The notes below the pieces were generated by a model, which worked only from the letters and a program-made list of their open reading frames with translations, made no database searches and was not told the origin of the DNA. The translations under genes and the position numbers were made by a program. Positions 38,824 to 47,040 of a stretch of DNA of 64,000 nucleotides are shown one piece after another; position 1 is the stretch's first letter, and each line of letters opens with the position of its first letter. Source of the DNA: an uncultured virus (IMG/VR IMGVR_UViG_3300020536_000659) (taxonomy: Duplodnaviria > Heunggongvirae > Uroviricota > Caudoviricetes); the IMG/VR virus record IMGVR_UViG_3300020536_000659; one strand, given 5' to 3'.

Positions 38824-39603
38824 ATGTCAGAAGATACACAACCAGAACAACAAACTCCAGCCGTTGATACGGGGGATAGAGTTGTTGTGCAGTCTAAAAG
38901 AAGATTCGACATATCTGAGTTTAGATCCGAAATTAATAAAAATGGAGTTTTGCAAAACAATAAGTTTATCTGTGTTATTTCTCTACCGAAAGCGTTCAGA
39001 GAAGGGGAGTTTGCTTCGCTCTATCAAAACAATACACATTTCATGACTCTGAGATGTGAGACAGTTACAGTTCCTGGCCAAAACTTTTTCACCCAAGATT
39101 TGAAAAGATATGGATATGGACAAATAGAGAAGAAACCATATCTACCATCATTCAACCCAATGAGGATGGTTTTTCTTGTAGATCGTTCCGCAAAAATCAT
39201 TAAATTTTTTAATGATTGGGCGAATTTAATGGTCGACCATAACATAGACAAACCCATATATGAACAGCCTCAGAAAAACGCATATCTGGTTAACTACAAA
39301 AGCGAATATATTTGTCCAGTTCTGTCGATATTTGTTTATAACGAATCTAATGAGTTGGTTTTCGAAACTAAAGCCTTTGAATGTTTCCCCCTGACAATTT
39401 CAGAATATGACGTCAGTTGGCCAGCCCAAAATGATCTTATTAGATTATCAATATCTATGCAATTTGTTCATTCTACCAAAGAGTTTTATGATAAAGGATC
39501 ACAAACCGAAAGTGTTGAATCCAGAGAAGCAAAAAGTATATTAAACTTGGATCCAGTTTCAAGATTTAATCCGGATGTAATTTTAAATAGAAATGAAGTG
39601 TAA
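38824..39603 (+). CDS. Tail-tube-fold protein (gp54/gp19-like)
   Basis: LRCE.V.VPG, YG...K.PY, F..W, Y..EY, FP; synteny. Confidence 0.7.
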   Translation: MSEDTQPEQQTPAVDTGDRVVVQSKRRFDISEFRSEINKNGVLQNNKFICVISLPKAFREGEFASLYQNNTHFMTLRCETVTVPGQNFFTQDLKRYGYGQIEKKPYLPSFNPMRMVFLVDRSAKIIKFFNDWANLMVDHNIDKPIYEQPQKNAYLVNYKSEYICPVLSIFVYNESNELVFETKAFECFPLTISEYDVSWPAQNDLIRLSISMQFVHSTKEFYDKGSQTESVESREAKSILNLDPVSRFNPDVILNRNEV

Positions 39604-39624
39604 CCATATAAAAGGATTGTCATT

Positions 39625-40341
39625 ATGTCACTACCAAAAATATCGCAACCCATATTTGATTTTGAAATACCTTCTTCTGGGAAAAAGGTAAACTTCAGAC
39701 CATTTCTGGTTAAAGAAGAAAAAATTCTATTCACGGCACAACAATCTAAAAGCCGAAAGGAAATTGCAAAGGCGATCAGACAGGTAATCAACAATTGTTG
39801 TGTTGATGACACTTTTAATGTTGATGAGATGAGCATATCAGATGCAGAATACGTATTTCTTCAACTAAGAGGCGTATCAGTAAACAACATTATTGATTTT
39901 CAACTGATTGATGATGAAGATGAAAAACCTTATAAATTCCAAATTGATGTTTCAGAAGTCAAGATTATCAAACCAAAGAAAAAACCTGTTAATGATATCA
40001 AGATATCAGAAAAGGTTGGGATTATCTTAGAATACCCAACTTTTAAGATTATTGAGAACTTTCAAGAAAACATCAATAATGAGTACGACCTTTTGATTTT
40101 TTATTTAAAACAGTGCATCAAGTCAATCTACGATGAAGAAGAGGTATATGATCCTAAATCTTATTCTGAAGAAGAAATAAGCGATTTTATTGAAGGATTC
40201 TCTCCTAAAAACTTTGAAAAGATTAAAACGTTTTTCGATTCTGCTCCCAAGATGGAGTATATTATAAAATATAAAAACTCTTTGGGGAACGAAAAGAAAT
40301 TTGTGTTGTCCACGTTAGAAGATTTTTTTACGTTGCTTTAG
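39625..40341 (+). CDS. gp26: Baseplate hub assembly protein gp26-like
   Basis: M.LPKI..P, FRPFLVKEEKIL, D.EY.FLQLR..SV, ends LEDFFTLL. Confidence 0.88.
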   Translation: MSLPKISQPIFDFEIPSSGKKVNFRPFLVKEEKILFTAQQSKSRKEIAKAIRQVINNCCVDDTFNVDEMSISDAEYVFLQLRGVSVNNIIDFQLIDDEDEKPYKFQIDVSEVKIIKPKKKPVNDIKISEKVGIILEYPTFKIIENFQENINNEYDLLIFYLKQCIKSIYDEEEVYDPKSYSEEEISDFIEGFSPKNFEKIKTFFDSAPKMEYIIKYKNSLGNEKKFVLSTLEDFFTLL

Positions 40342-40508
40342 GCTATGGCGATTTGCTAAATTACTACAAAACCAATTTCGCTTTAGTCCAGCATCATAAA
40401 TACTCTTTAACAGAAATAGAAGGTATGATTCCATTTGAAAGAGATATTTATGTTGATATGTTGTTGGAGTATTTGAAAAAGGTTGATCAACAGCAAGGAA
40501 ATAGCTGA
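40329..40508 (+). CDS. gp51: gp51-like hub assembly segment, probably reached by -1 frameshift from gp26
   Basis: Frame reads YVALGYGDLLNYYKTNFALVQHHKYSLTEIEGMIPFERDIYVDMLLEYLKK...NS*. No ATG precedes the conserved core (only TTG at 40353). Stop overlaps the next ATG (TGATG). Confidence 0.8.
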   Translation, partial: YVALGYGDLLNYYKTNFALVQHHKYSLTEIEGMIPFERDIYVDMLLEYLKKVDQQQGNS

Positions 40509-42265
40509 TGGCTATAGCTTTAGGCTCTTTATTAGGTAGAGGTTTTTCAACAGCTGGAAAGGCTGTAGGTGGAGCTGCAAGAACAATTGGAAAGGGAACT
40601 CTTGCGGTTGGCGGTGGATTATTGGCAGGTTTGGGATCAGGTCTCTTGGGCGGAAAGCTTGGAGGATCTGGATCATCTAGACAAACTGCATCTCCACAGC
40701 AACAACAAACATCCTATCCAAGAATTAGCTCTATTTTTGCACCCACTTCCACCAATACAAGAGTTACTGGGCCAACATCAATTAAAGACAATTGTTGCTG
40801 CTGCGATCAAACTATTTCATTGCTTTCTTCAATCGACGAAACGCTAAAAAGAAGCTTATATGTTTCTCAGGCAATGAATTTAGCGGCCAGAGAAAAGGCG
40901 GCAGAGGGTGGAGACAACCAAAAAATAGCTGGTCTTGGCGGAAAAATTGAAGCTATGGCCGACAACGCCGAGAAAGCTGGTTTCGGTATTGGAGAAATGT
41001 TAGCTCAATCGATTGGGCTTGCGATAGTTTCTAATCTTGGGCCAATCTTAGATTTCTTAAAACCAGGAGGAGATTTATTAAAATCTTCAGGTGGTAACAA
41101 TACACCAAATGTGGCTGGTGCTGGAATTGGCGGTGCGATAGGATACGCACTTGGTGGTAAAAGAAAAATAGTGAGTGCTGGAATTGGTGCTGTTGCTGGT
41201 TCAGATGTTTTGGGCGATGGTCTTTATAAAGCAAAAAGTGATGAGGGTTTCTGGGGAGGTCTTGCAGGAAACGTTGGCGGCGGCATGGCTGGAGCAGCTG
41301 CTGGCGCGCAATTAGGTCTAGTTGGTGGACCAGTAGGAGCATTTTTTGGAGGATTAATAGGTGGTATTGCTGGCTCGTTTCTTCTAGAAGACGCTGGAGA
41401 AGCTTTGGGTGATGCCATGGCGGGAAAATTTAATGAAGAAACAGATGGAAAAAAGATAGGAAAAGACGCTGCAGATGAGATGAAGAAAAGACTTGGCTCA
41501 TCAGGAGCGGGACTTTCTTCTAATATTGGAATTATCCAATCTTCAAAAGACGCTTCTTCTTTGAAAGATTTAATTGGAAGAATAGAATCTGGAAATAACC
41601 CAGACGTTTTCCGAAAGGGTGGAAGGGCTGTATATGGGGTTGAAGTTTCGAAATTGTCTATTGATCAGGTTATGCAAAATCAAAAAACATCCGGATGGGA
41701 TGCTGTTGGAAAATTCCAATTTATTCCAAGCACCCTTAAGATGCTTTCTGACGAGATGAAAAAAATGGGAATGATAACTGGCAAAGAAAAATTTGATGAG
41801 GGTATGCAGGATAAATTCTTTCAGTATCAAATATCTAAGATGTCTAACGTACAAAAATTCTTAGGCGGTGATCAATCAGCAAAACAAGCTGCAATGATTG
41901 ATCTTTCTAAAATATGGGCAGCCTTGCCAGATCCAAGAACAGGTAAATCTTTTTATGAAGGAGATCGTTCTGGAAATAAAGCTTTAACAGATCTGGCAAC
42001 ATTTTCGAAAATGATGGATGTTTCTGCTGGCACACCAAATGTCGTTCTCGCTACACCAAAACCAATTTCAGACGTAGAAAGAATGGCTTTGGCGGCAGCT
42101 GCACCAAAACCTGCTCCTGCTTCAGCCCCAACGGTAATTAACAATACAATGGGATCTGCCCAAAAATCGCAAAAACAAATAGCCTATATTCCGCCAATTG
42201 ATCCTCCAAAATTCACACCCAAAGCGGTTTCTCAATTTGAGAGCAATAGATACTTGTCAGTATAA
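40508..42265 (+). CDS. Tape-measure/hub-like tail protein with glycine zippers and a lysozyme-like domain
   Basis: Gly/Ala-rich hydrophobic repeats; LIGRIES...AVGKFQFIPSTL...QD...WAALP lysozyme-like motifs; follows gp26/gp51. Confidence 0.65.
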   Translation: MAIALGSLLGRGFSTAGKAVGGAARTIGKGTLAVGGGLLAGLGSGLLGGKLGGSGSSRQTASPQQQQTSYPRISSIFAPTSTNTRVTGPTSIKDNCCCCDQTISLLSSIDETLKRSLYVSQAMNLAAREKAAEGGDNQKIAGLGGKIEAMADNAEKAGFGIGEMLAQSIGLAIVSNLGPILDFLKPGGDLLKSSGGNNTPNVAGAGIGGAIGYALGGKRKIVSAGIGAVAGSDVLGDGLYKAKSDEGFWGGLAGNVGGGMAGAAAGAQLGLVGGPVGAFFGGLIGGIAGSFLLEDAGEALGDAMAGKFNEETDGKKIGKDAADEMKKRLGSSGAGLSSNIGIIQSSKDASSLKDLIGRIESGNNPDVFRKGGRAVYGVEVSKLSIDQVMQNQKTSGWDAVGKFQFIPSTLKMLSDEMKKMGMITGKEKFDEGMQDKFFQYQISKMSNVQKFLGGDQSAKQAAMIDLSKIWAALPDPRTGKSFYEGDRSGNKALTDLATFSKMMDVSAGTPNVVLATPKPISDVERMALAAAAPKPAPASAPTVINNTMGSAQKSQKQIAYIPPIDPPKFTPKAVSQFESNRYLSV

Positions 42266-42291
42266 AAAAAGAGGGGCCGAAGCCCCTCTTT
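42264..42291. terminator. Intrinsic terminator with T4-type C(UUCG)G loop between convergent genes
   Basis: Minus strand AAAGAGGGGC-TTCG-GCCCCTC-TTTTTTT. Confidence 0.9.
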
Positions 42292-42294
42292 AAT

Positions 42295-43203
42295 CTATTC
42301 ATCTTCCTCAGCAATTCGCTTAAAGAATTCTAGAGTGTCCTCATCGTCATCATCAACCACTTCCCTCTTAGCGGGAGCAGCTGCTCGTTTAGGAGCAGCA
42401 GAAGCTTTCTGTGGTGGAGGAGCTTCTTCGTCTTCATCACGGTTCGAGTTCCGAGGAACATCTCCCAGAACAAGAGAAAGACGAGCTTTCAATTGATCGT
42501 AGGTCTTGAATTCACTCTCAGCGATCAGCTGATTGAGAGAATGCTGTTTAGTCCAGATTTCCTCGAGCTCTGAATCATCATCAGAAAGAGGAGCCGCTTT
42601 CTCAAACTCGGACTTGTCATAGTTGCGATATCCATCAACCTGACGGATCTTGAGTTTGAAATTGGCACCTTCCCAGAAGTCAAAAGGATTCATAGCTTCT
42701 TCGTCCGGATGGACAGGATGCATCATATCATTGATCTTCTCAAAGATTTTCTTGCCGTACTTGTAGCGGAAAACTTTACCCTCGTTCTCTTTGTTACCAG
42801 GATCGCTGACAACGTAGATGTTGGAGACGTAGCTCAGACGACGCTTTTGTTTGCGGGCCTGTTTGCGCTCAGGACTGTCGTCGCTTGCGGAAGAGTTCCA
42901 GAGTTTGGAATTGTATTCAGAAACAGGATCGGGTTTGCCGAGTGTCGTCAAAGACTTCTCAATATACCATCCGCCTGGACCTTGGAATCCGTGATCCCAG
43001 ATTCGAACAAAGGGAAGATCCTCGCCATTGGGCGCAGGAAGAAACCGAATGATCGCATAACCATTACCAGCTTTGTCCACTGTAGGTGTCCAGAAAGTGG
43101 TATCTTTATCATTTCCTTCGGAGGTTTTATTCAGAGAACTCACGGCTTTGGTGAGCTTCTCGAAGTTTGACGTTTTCTGTTTTTTAAGATCGTTGAAATT
43201 CAT
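42295..43203 (-). CDS. gp32: Single-stranded DNA-binding protein gp32
   Basis: DKAGNGYAIIRFLPA, HGFQGPGGWYIE, GKKIF.KI, GANFKLKI, acidic C-terminus. Confidence 0.95.
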   Translation of the reverse strand: MNFNDLKKQKTSNFEKLTKAVSSLNKTSEGNDKDTTFWTPTVDKAGNGYAIIRFLPAPNGEDLPFVRIWDHGFQGPGGWYIEKSLTTLGKPDPVSEYNSKLWNSSASDDSPERKQARKQKRRLSYVSNIYVVSDPGNKENEGKVFRYKYGKKIFEKINDMMHPVHPDEEAMNPFDFWEGANFKLKIRQVDGYRNYDKSEFEKAAPLSDDDSELEEIWTKQHSLNQLIAESEFKTYDQLKARLSLVLGDVPRNSNRDEDEEAPPPQKASAAPKRAAAPAKREVVDDDDEDTLEFFKRIAEEDE

Positions 43204-43270
43204 TTTTGTATATCCTTGTATTACGATGTATGTTGTTTTGTTTTGGTATTATAGTACTATAATGAAATAT

Positions 43271-43849
43271 TTATTTGACGAATTTTTCCTTCAATATCTT
43301 CTTAAACTTAGCCCTATCATAACTTAGAAAGGGTCTATATTTCAAGCATTTTCTTAAAAAAATTGGCCAAACAACATTATCTTTTATGTTCTTTTTCCAA
43401 TGACCGATGAAACCAATTATATCATTCAGGATGATTACTGTTTCTAGAGAAACTTTGCCCTGTCGTAAAAGCTTTAACAAATATGGATGTTGTCCATCTT
43501 CCACAATAAAGTTTTTGTCGAAATCTTCGAGCAAATGCCCTATTTCATTTTTAAAATTGTATGTGAGAGATTCTTTTCTCTTGAGCCAATCAGTGTAATT
43601 CTTTTCTGCTTTATCAGAGAAAAGATCTCCGATCCAAGAAATATCACTATTGATCAGATTGGCAATAATATAACCTTCAATATCTTTCTTCTTAGCGAGT
43701 TTCTCAAAAAAGAATCTATCCTTTCTTGTTTGAAACTTTGTGAGATCCAGTTTCAATTTCCCTTGATATTTTAGATAATCGTAGGAATCAGAGTTGAAAT
43801 GTTGTTTGATTGATAAGAACTTTTGATACGCATCAAACGGTGAAATCAA
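43271..43849 (-). CDS. gp59: Helicase loader gp59
   Basis: Y...L.IKQHF...YDY.KY.GK, RKDR.FF.KL, SLET. Confidence 0.88.
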   Translation of the reverse strand: MISPFDAYQKFLSIKQHFNSDSYDYLKYQGKLKLDLTKFQTRKDRFFFEKLAKKKDIEGYIIANLINSDISWIGDLFSDKAEKNYTDWLKRKESLTYNFKNEIGHLLEDFDKNFIVEDGQHPYLLKLLRQGKVSLETVIILNDIIGFIGHWKKNIKDNVVWPIFLRKCLKYRPFLSYDRAKFKKILKEKFVK

Positions 43850-44100
43850 ATTGGCAACCTTGATGTTTTGGGGAGCATATTGAGTGCCTCATATTCTAAT
43901 TGAAGAGCGTGTTTCAGTTTAGGATTGCTCTTCACGAGATCGGCGATAGTTTCTATCTCGTTATTACTTTGTTGGCAATAATGTATGATTGCATCAGAAT
44001 ATGTGGTATTACAGGTGTTCACAATACGCTCAATGTTTGCAAAAACGTCATCGGGATTTATACCCAATTCAATTTTTATCTTTTCTACTTTTTTTGACAT
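43846..44100 (-). CDS. gp33: Late transcription coactivator gp33
   Basis: IE.IV......Y.DAI.HYC....E.E......LK..L..E...LN.L...RLP. Confidence 0.8.
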   Translation of the reverse strand: MSKKVEKIKIELGINPDDVFANIERIVNTCNTTYSDAIIHYCQQSNNEIETIADLVKSNPKLKHALQLEYEALNMLPKTSRLPI

Positions 44101-44109
44101 AATAATGCC

Positions 44110-46383
44110 CTAGAAATTTGTTGTGAAGTCGATACCAAACGTTCTAGGCTCATTAAAGTTTGCATAATCGCCCAACACTGTTCCGTTGGCATTTGAACGT
44201 CTATAAATGTAAGACGTATCAAAAAGATTACGACTCCAAATTGAAACTGTAAAGTTTTCAAATTCTTTACTTACACGAGTGTTGACAACAAAGCTTTCTT
44301 CATTTTGAACATCTTCGTTGTCAAAAGTGTATTGGGGTGATGAATAGTTTCCATCAATATGAAAACTCCAATCAACAATGTCATAATCAACAGATGCTGA
44401 CAAAGCATGTTCTGGGGTATATGTGATGAACACTTTCTGGAATACCGGAGACAGATTAGGTGGAGTCAGCAATGCATTAAGTTGCTCTTGCACAGTATTA
44501 CGGGCGAGTGGCATCAGAGTGTCCGTATATGCATATGAAACAGCCATCTTAAGATCATCAATTGGTTCTACAGTTAGATCTACTTCAAGCCCCTTGATTT
44601 TTGTGGTGCCTTCCGCATTCACTGTTTCGAGGGTATTGCGGACGGTACCGTTTGGTTGGGGGACAAAGAAATTGAAATCAACCTGACTGTCTTTTCTGTC
44701 CATGGTATAAGCAGCAACATTTAGTCTGGTGTTATCAAATAGATCCATCTTGGATCCAATTTCATATGACTTCACAGATTCAGGTCCAAAAGAACGATAA
44801 ATCAGTGACCGAGAACTGGCTCCGCCAGCACGATATCCTGTTGTATATTTTGCATAAACATTGATATCATCATTGAAATCGTAAACAAGCGTAGCAAGCG
44901 GATCAAATCGTCTGTTCTCTTGTCTGAAGGTTAGATTAGTGCTTGCGCCATTCACCGTGAACAGTTTACCATTTTTCTTATCTTCTGTAACTCTACCACC
45001 AAGGGTAAAATGCCAATCATCATTTACCGTATATGTGGCCTGGCCATAGAGAGCGTAGCTATCAGCTTCTGCTTGTGAAGCGCGAGCAATTGGCGTTAGC
45101 GAATATGTGCTGGGATCAACAAAGGTGTAGGCTGTGCCAAAGGCATTCCATTTATTAGTATTGGGAGTTCTTGCTTCATCATCAGCAGTTTCCGTAAAAT
45201 AATAAGCGCCAACAACATAGGTTAAATTGTCCATTGAACCAATAAGCTGGAACTCTTGTGAAAACTGTTCTTGATTCAATTTAGCGATTGAATATCTACT
45301 GAATGTGGCGTTAGGGACAAAAACAGGTGTGCGATTAGCTGAACCTGAATTATCAAACTGGCGATCTGACACTTCACGCCTTGCTGTAATAGATTTAAAC
45401 TCAAGATCATCATTGATGTCCCAAGTTAGGGTTGAAGTGATACCTGAAGATTTGCCGATACTTGGTTCTTGAGGAACTCCAACTGCGGCAGATTTGGCAC
45501 GATCGGGTTGCACCACAACAACGCTAGGAAGAGGCGCGACATATCCGGAAGGTATTTTATTGCCAGCTGCAGCAATTTGAGAAAGTGTCGCGACAGGTCT
45601 GTTCAGAGGATTATAGTTAATCAATTGGCTGAAATAGGGGGTGTTTTGATCTCTGCTGGAATCAACAGCAATATCAGCACGGAAAGTATCCGTAGGTTCC
45701 CACCTTGCTGCTATTCTTCCGCCATACCTGTGATGATAATTCCATCCATATTGATTTTGGGTTGGGTTTTTTGTGGTCGCGTCTTGATGTTGAATTCCCG
45801 CATCCACCTTCACAGAAACGCCAGCAAACTCCGGCAAATTAAGACGGAAGTTGCCAGAATAAATTCCGTAATTACCAACTCCAGCGCTGAAAGATCCTCC
45901 AAAAACTCCTGTTGGAGATTTACTGATGATGTTCACAGCCCCACCTTCGGTATTTCGTCCAAACAGCGTACCCTGTGGACCACGAAGAACTTCAACACGC
46001 TCAATGTCGAGAAACCCAGCATTTAGACCATGCTGTCTGCCCATGTAAACTCCGTCAAGGTAAACACCAACACCTTGTTCCCTAGCTGGCTGGTTAGCGT
46101 CTCCTGGCACAATTCCTCTCATGCCTACTGTAAGTGCAGACTGTCTGGATTCGAAAGTTGCGATTCTTAGACTTGGAACTGATCCATCAGAAAGATCAAG
46201 CAAGCTTCCTGCATTTCTTTTTACCAGTTGTTCGTCGTCAAGCACAGCTACTGAAATAGGCGTATCTTGCAGATCAGTTTCAGTCTTAGTGGCAGTAATA
46301 ATAACAACATCATGTTGTTGCGCATAAATTGCAGGCGCAATAGCCATACTAGCTGTGGCTAGTAATAAAGCCTTTTTAATCAT
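44110..46383 (-). CDS. TonB-dependent outer-membrane receptor
   Basis: Signal peptide; TonB-box-like VVIITA; plug motif DIERVEVLRGPQGTLFGRN..GGAVNI; C-terminal PRTFG...F. Confidence 0.93.
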   Translation of the reverse strand: MIKKALLLATASMAIAPAIYAQQHDVVIITATKTETDLQDTPISVAVLDDEQLVKRNAGSLLDLSDGSVPSLRIATFESRQSALTVGMRGIVPGDANQPAREQGVGVYLDGVYMGRQHGLNAGFLDIERVEVLRGPQGTLFGRNTEGGAVNIISKSPTGVFGGSFSAGVGNYGIYSGNFRLNLPEFAGVSVKVDAGIQHQDATTKNPTQNQYGWNYHHRYGGRIAARWEPTDTFRADIAVDSSRDQNTPYFSQLINYNPLNRPVATLSQIAAAGNKIPSGYVAPLPSVVVVQPDRAKSAAVGVPQEPSIGKSSGITSTLTWDINDDLEFKSITARREVSDRQFDNSGSANRTPVFVPNATFSRYSIAKLNQEQFSQEFQLIGSMDNLTYVVGAYYFTETADDEARTPNTNKWNAFGTAYTFVDPSTYSLTPIARASQAEADSYALYGQATYTVNDDWHFTLGGRVTEDKKNGKLFTVNGASTNLTFRQENRRFDPLATLVYDFNDDINVYAKYTTGYRAGGASSRSLIYRSFGPESVKSYEIGSKMDLFDNTRLNVAAYTMDRKDSQVDFNFFVPQPNGTVRNTLETVNAEGTTKIKGLEVDLTVEPIDDLKMAVSYAYTDTLMPLARNTVQEQLNALLTPPNLSPVFQKVFITYTPEHALSASVDYDIVDWSFHIDGNYSSPQYTFDNEDVQNEESFVVNTRVSKEFENFTVSIWSRNLFDTSYIYRRSNANGTVLGDYANFNEPRTFGIDFTTNF

Positions 46384-46430
46384 TCTCCGTTCCTCTCGAA
46401 TTCATGATATTTGACCAAATTATATAGAAA

Positions 46431-46462
46431 TTATCCAAGGTTATGTTAGTAACCTTGGATAA
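46431..46462. terminator. 13-bp inverted repeat (terminator or processing hairpin)
   Basis: TTATCCAAGGTTA-tgttag-TAACCTTGGATAA between the lipoprotein and TonB receptor genes. Confidence 0.6.
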
Positions 46463-46474
46463 CTTTCCTATAAA

Positions 46475-46666
46475 CTACTGAGCTACAGTGGTTGCAGCTT
46501 CAGCGGGATTGACAGGTTCAACAACAGCAGGCGGCTCAGCAGGAGCAACAGGAGTTGGTGTTTCAACTGGAGGAGCAGGCTCGACCGGAGGAGCAACAGG
46601 AGCTTCTTGCGAGCAGGCGGCAAGAGAGAGAACAAGAGCAGCAGCAATATATTTCATTTTATTCAT
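46475..46666 (-). CDS. Small Pro/Ala-rich lipoprotein
   Basis: Signal peptide II with lipobox LAAC; AAGGA RBS. Confidence 0.75.
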   Translation of the reverse strand: MNKMKYIAAALVLSLAACSQEAPVAPPVEPAPPVETPTPVAPAEPPAVVEPVNPAEAATTVAQ

Positions 46667-46685
46667 TCCTTTAACATGTTAAGAT

Positions 46686-47003
46686 TAGTGGAGGAACTTC
46701 TGTTCCAAGGCGTCCTCCGTGCCCGTCGAGATCATGCCGCTAGGCGAGTCTCAAATGCAACTTCGTTATCGTTGGCATTTCTAGTTTTTGTTCGTTTAAC
46801 GGAGAACATCCGGATAGCCTTTGGATTTATTCACAACCAATCGATCCTAATTCGCCCCCATCAAAAACAGTATGTAGTAAGAATTCTACTTACCTAGCTA
46901 GCATATGATGAAGGTCAACAACCTTTACATACTGCTTTTGGTGGAGGCGGAGGGATTCGCACCCTCGTCTTGCTTGCTTTAACACCCATCAGTTTACTAT
47001 CAT
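46686..47003 (-). ncRNA. ssrA: Circularly permuted (two-piece) tmRNA
   Basis: Acceptor piece ends GAGGG-TGCGAAT-CCCTC-CGCCTCC-ACCA (3' end 46939). A 79-nt intervening segment follows, then the coding piece starting GGGGGCG at 46859, giving a G3:U70 pair. Tag ANDNEVAFETRLAA* at 46776-46732. Outer ends approximate. Confidence 0.93.
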
Positions 47004-47009
47004 TAAGAC

Positions 47010-47040
47010 TATTTATACCCTATATTTTATAGTTTGTCAA
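47010..47040 (-). promoter_or_regulatory. Composite sigma70/late promoter of the tmRNA
   Basis: TTGACA-N17-TATAAATA. Confidence 0.75.

Noticed and set aside
46939..46970. Apparent stand-alone tRNA 3' half
   Set aside because: It is the acceptor piece of the permuted tmRNA; there is no anticodon arm.
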